Shown here one piece after another: positions 62,166 through 64,000 of a DNA stretch of 64,000 nucleotides. Position numbers and translations under genes: made by a program. Numbering within the stretch: position 1 is the stretch's first letter; every line of letters starts with the position of its first letter. The notes under the pieces were generated by a model that ran no database searches, was not told the DNA's origin, and saw only the letters and a list, made by a program, of their open reading frames with translations. The stretch is from the human T2T-CHM13v2.0 reference genome, Homo sapiens: the NCBI RefSeq assembly GCF_009914755.1, contig NC_060944.1, one strand, 5' to 3'.

Positions 62166-64000
62166 CTCCACTTGACTGTTCTCTGCCCTACCAGCTACCT
62201 CACTCTTATTTTCCTTTTTTATCTCCAACTTTTCTTTCCTACAGATTTCAGCCAAATAACTCACATCTGTTCCCTCTGTTGGTTCCTAAACATAACTCCT
62301 CCAGCCTGGCTTCTGGGCAATCACCCCTCCCTGCCCCTAGACTGCTGCCCCCATGGACTTCCTTTTTGCGAGAGCCAGTGACCTGATCTTAGCACGGGAT
62401 TGGGAGTCAGAAGGCCTAGGCAGCTGGTCACTCACCAGCTGTGTGACCGTGAGCAACTTAAAGCACTTCTCTGAGCCATGGGTATGAATGTTAATTTGCA
62501 AAGTTGAGATGAGAGCATTAGAGTAATAGAATCATAATAGCTAAACTGTGTGTGTGTGTGTGTGTACCTGCTAAGAGCCAGGCACTGTGCTGAGAATTTG
62601 CCATGTATAATCACATTTAATCCCCACTACAACACCTCCAAATGAGGTCTGCTTCTTTCCCCACTTTACAAATGAGAAAATGGAGGCACAGAGAGGTAAA
62701 GTGATTTGCCTAAAGTCCCACAGCCCATAAATGATAGGTAGTAGAATATGAACCCAGGAGGTCTGATTCCAAAATTTATGCCCTATGGCTTCCTTACTGA
62801 CGGTGCTCAGTACAGATAAGTGGGAGGTGTGACTTGGTGTTAATAGGGACTCTAAGAGTCAGTGTGGGAATTGCCATTCCCCTGAAGCTAGGGATGGCAG
62901 GTGTGTTTGTGGGTTGGGGGTGGGGTACTTGAGTGATGCTCTCCCCTGAGGCAATGTCTTGCAGGATACACACCTTTCTACTTCATCTCAGATTTCAGTG
63001 TCTCCTCCACATCCTGCCAGAGCCTCTCTGGCCTGGCTGCCCCTCCCCTCTCTGGCAGGTTTGGGAGAAAGAGGCTTGGAGTTCCCCCATCCTAGATAGC
63101 GGGACAGATTCCTCATCTCGTGAGGCTGACCCTGATCTGGGGGCCTGTTATTAATAATGGCCTGCAGGGCTGTGTCATCCAGCTAGTGATTCAGGACTCC
63201 AGGGTCAGCACCCTCCCCATCCTGATGGAGCTACCTCAGTGAGGGGCTTAGAGTCTAAGCTATGACTCTACGTGAGGGTATATGCTGTTCTCTGCCTGCA
63301 CTCCCAGGGTCTTGGCTAAACTCTATTGTGGTATTAAAAAGAGAGGCTGGGGGAAGTGGGGAAGGGGATGTGGTAACCAGAACCACTTCCTGCCACTGCA
63401 GTGTTGAAAGCCAAGCTCTGTCCAAGTTCCCCTTGATGGGGGTTGGGGAGCCAGGAGGTAAAGGAGGAAGTTGATGGGAGTTGGGGGGGATGTTAAAAAA
63501 AGGAGGATTCTTATTTGGATTGACTCCAGGAATCAAGATCTGGGTTTCCTGGCTGCTCTCTCCCTGCTCCCATTTGGTAAAAAACAGCGGCTGTCCTGAA
63601 GGTGGTCCTAATTAGCATAGCAGTGAACACTTATTATCATGTGCCAGGCACTTTATATTTGCTAACACTTTGAGCCTTACAACCACCCCATGAAGGAAGC
63701 ACTATTATTACTCCAATTTTACAGATGGGGAAACTGAGGCACTGAAATGTTGTGTCAGTTGCCCTTGTCACACAGCAAGTCAGTGGCAGAGCTGAGATTT
63801 GAACTTAGGCAGCCTGGCTCCAGAGTGCAGGCTCTTGCTCTGTGACCACTCTGAGCCTCAGTTTCCTCATTGCATGATGAGGGTAATTGGAATACATAAA
63901 TCCACTTTCCTTTCTTGATGCCTGATTCTCTGGTAATTAATTATTCATTCAATTTCTCCCCATGCTGAACTCTCAGATCCATGAACAATGAGACAAAGGC

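Noticed and set aside
62900-64000. MMP9 gene or its proximal promoter
   Set aside because: No MMP9 signal-peptide exon or TATA-proximal promoter is visible; the gene is only inferred to lie beyond the window.

Overview
Human (primate) genomic DNA, recognisable as chr20q13.12. 1-6.1 kb holds the last ten coding exons of PCIF1 (cap-specific m6Am methyltransferase, + strand; catalytic NPPF motif at 5169-5180). 6.7-30.3 kb holds the complete ZNF335 gene (- strand). I traced 27 GT-AG coding exons that sum to 4029 nt (1342 aa), plus a non-coding exon 1 in a CpG-island promoter. The two genes lie tail to tail about 0.65 kb apart. 33.1-34.35 kb is an Alu-interrupted ferritin light chain processed pseudogene (FTLP1) with an intact IRE core. 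35.0-38.0 kb is a ~2.95 kb retrotransposed insert (Alu + ~2.6 kb AT-rich 3'UTR-like DNA + AATAAA + poly(A)) bounded by a perfect 17-bp target-site duplication that splits a MIR; I could not identify its source gene. 38-64 kb is Alu/MIR/MLT/MER-dense intergenic DNA with a strong CTCF motif and AP-1, PU.1/ETS, RUNX and octamer clusters; from known gene order this should be the region upstream of MMP9, which is not in the window. I see no wholly new gene system. The best leads are the orphan retrocopy, a ZNF335 uORF created by splicing, a 19-nt frame-shifting microexon, the preserved pseudogene IRE and the opposed poly(A) signals. Repeat subfamily names and boundaries are by eye and approximate.
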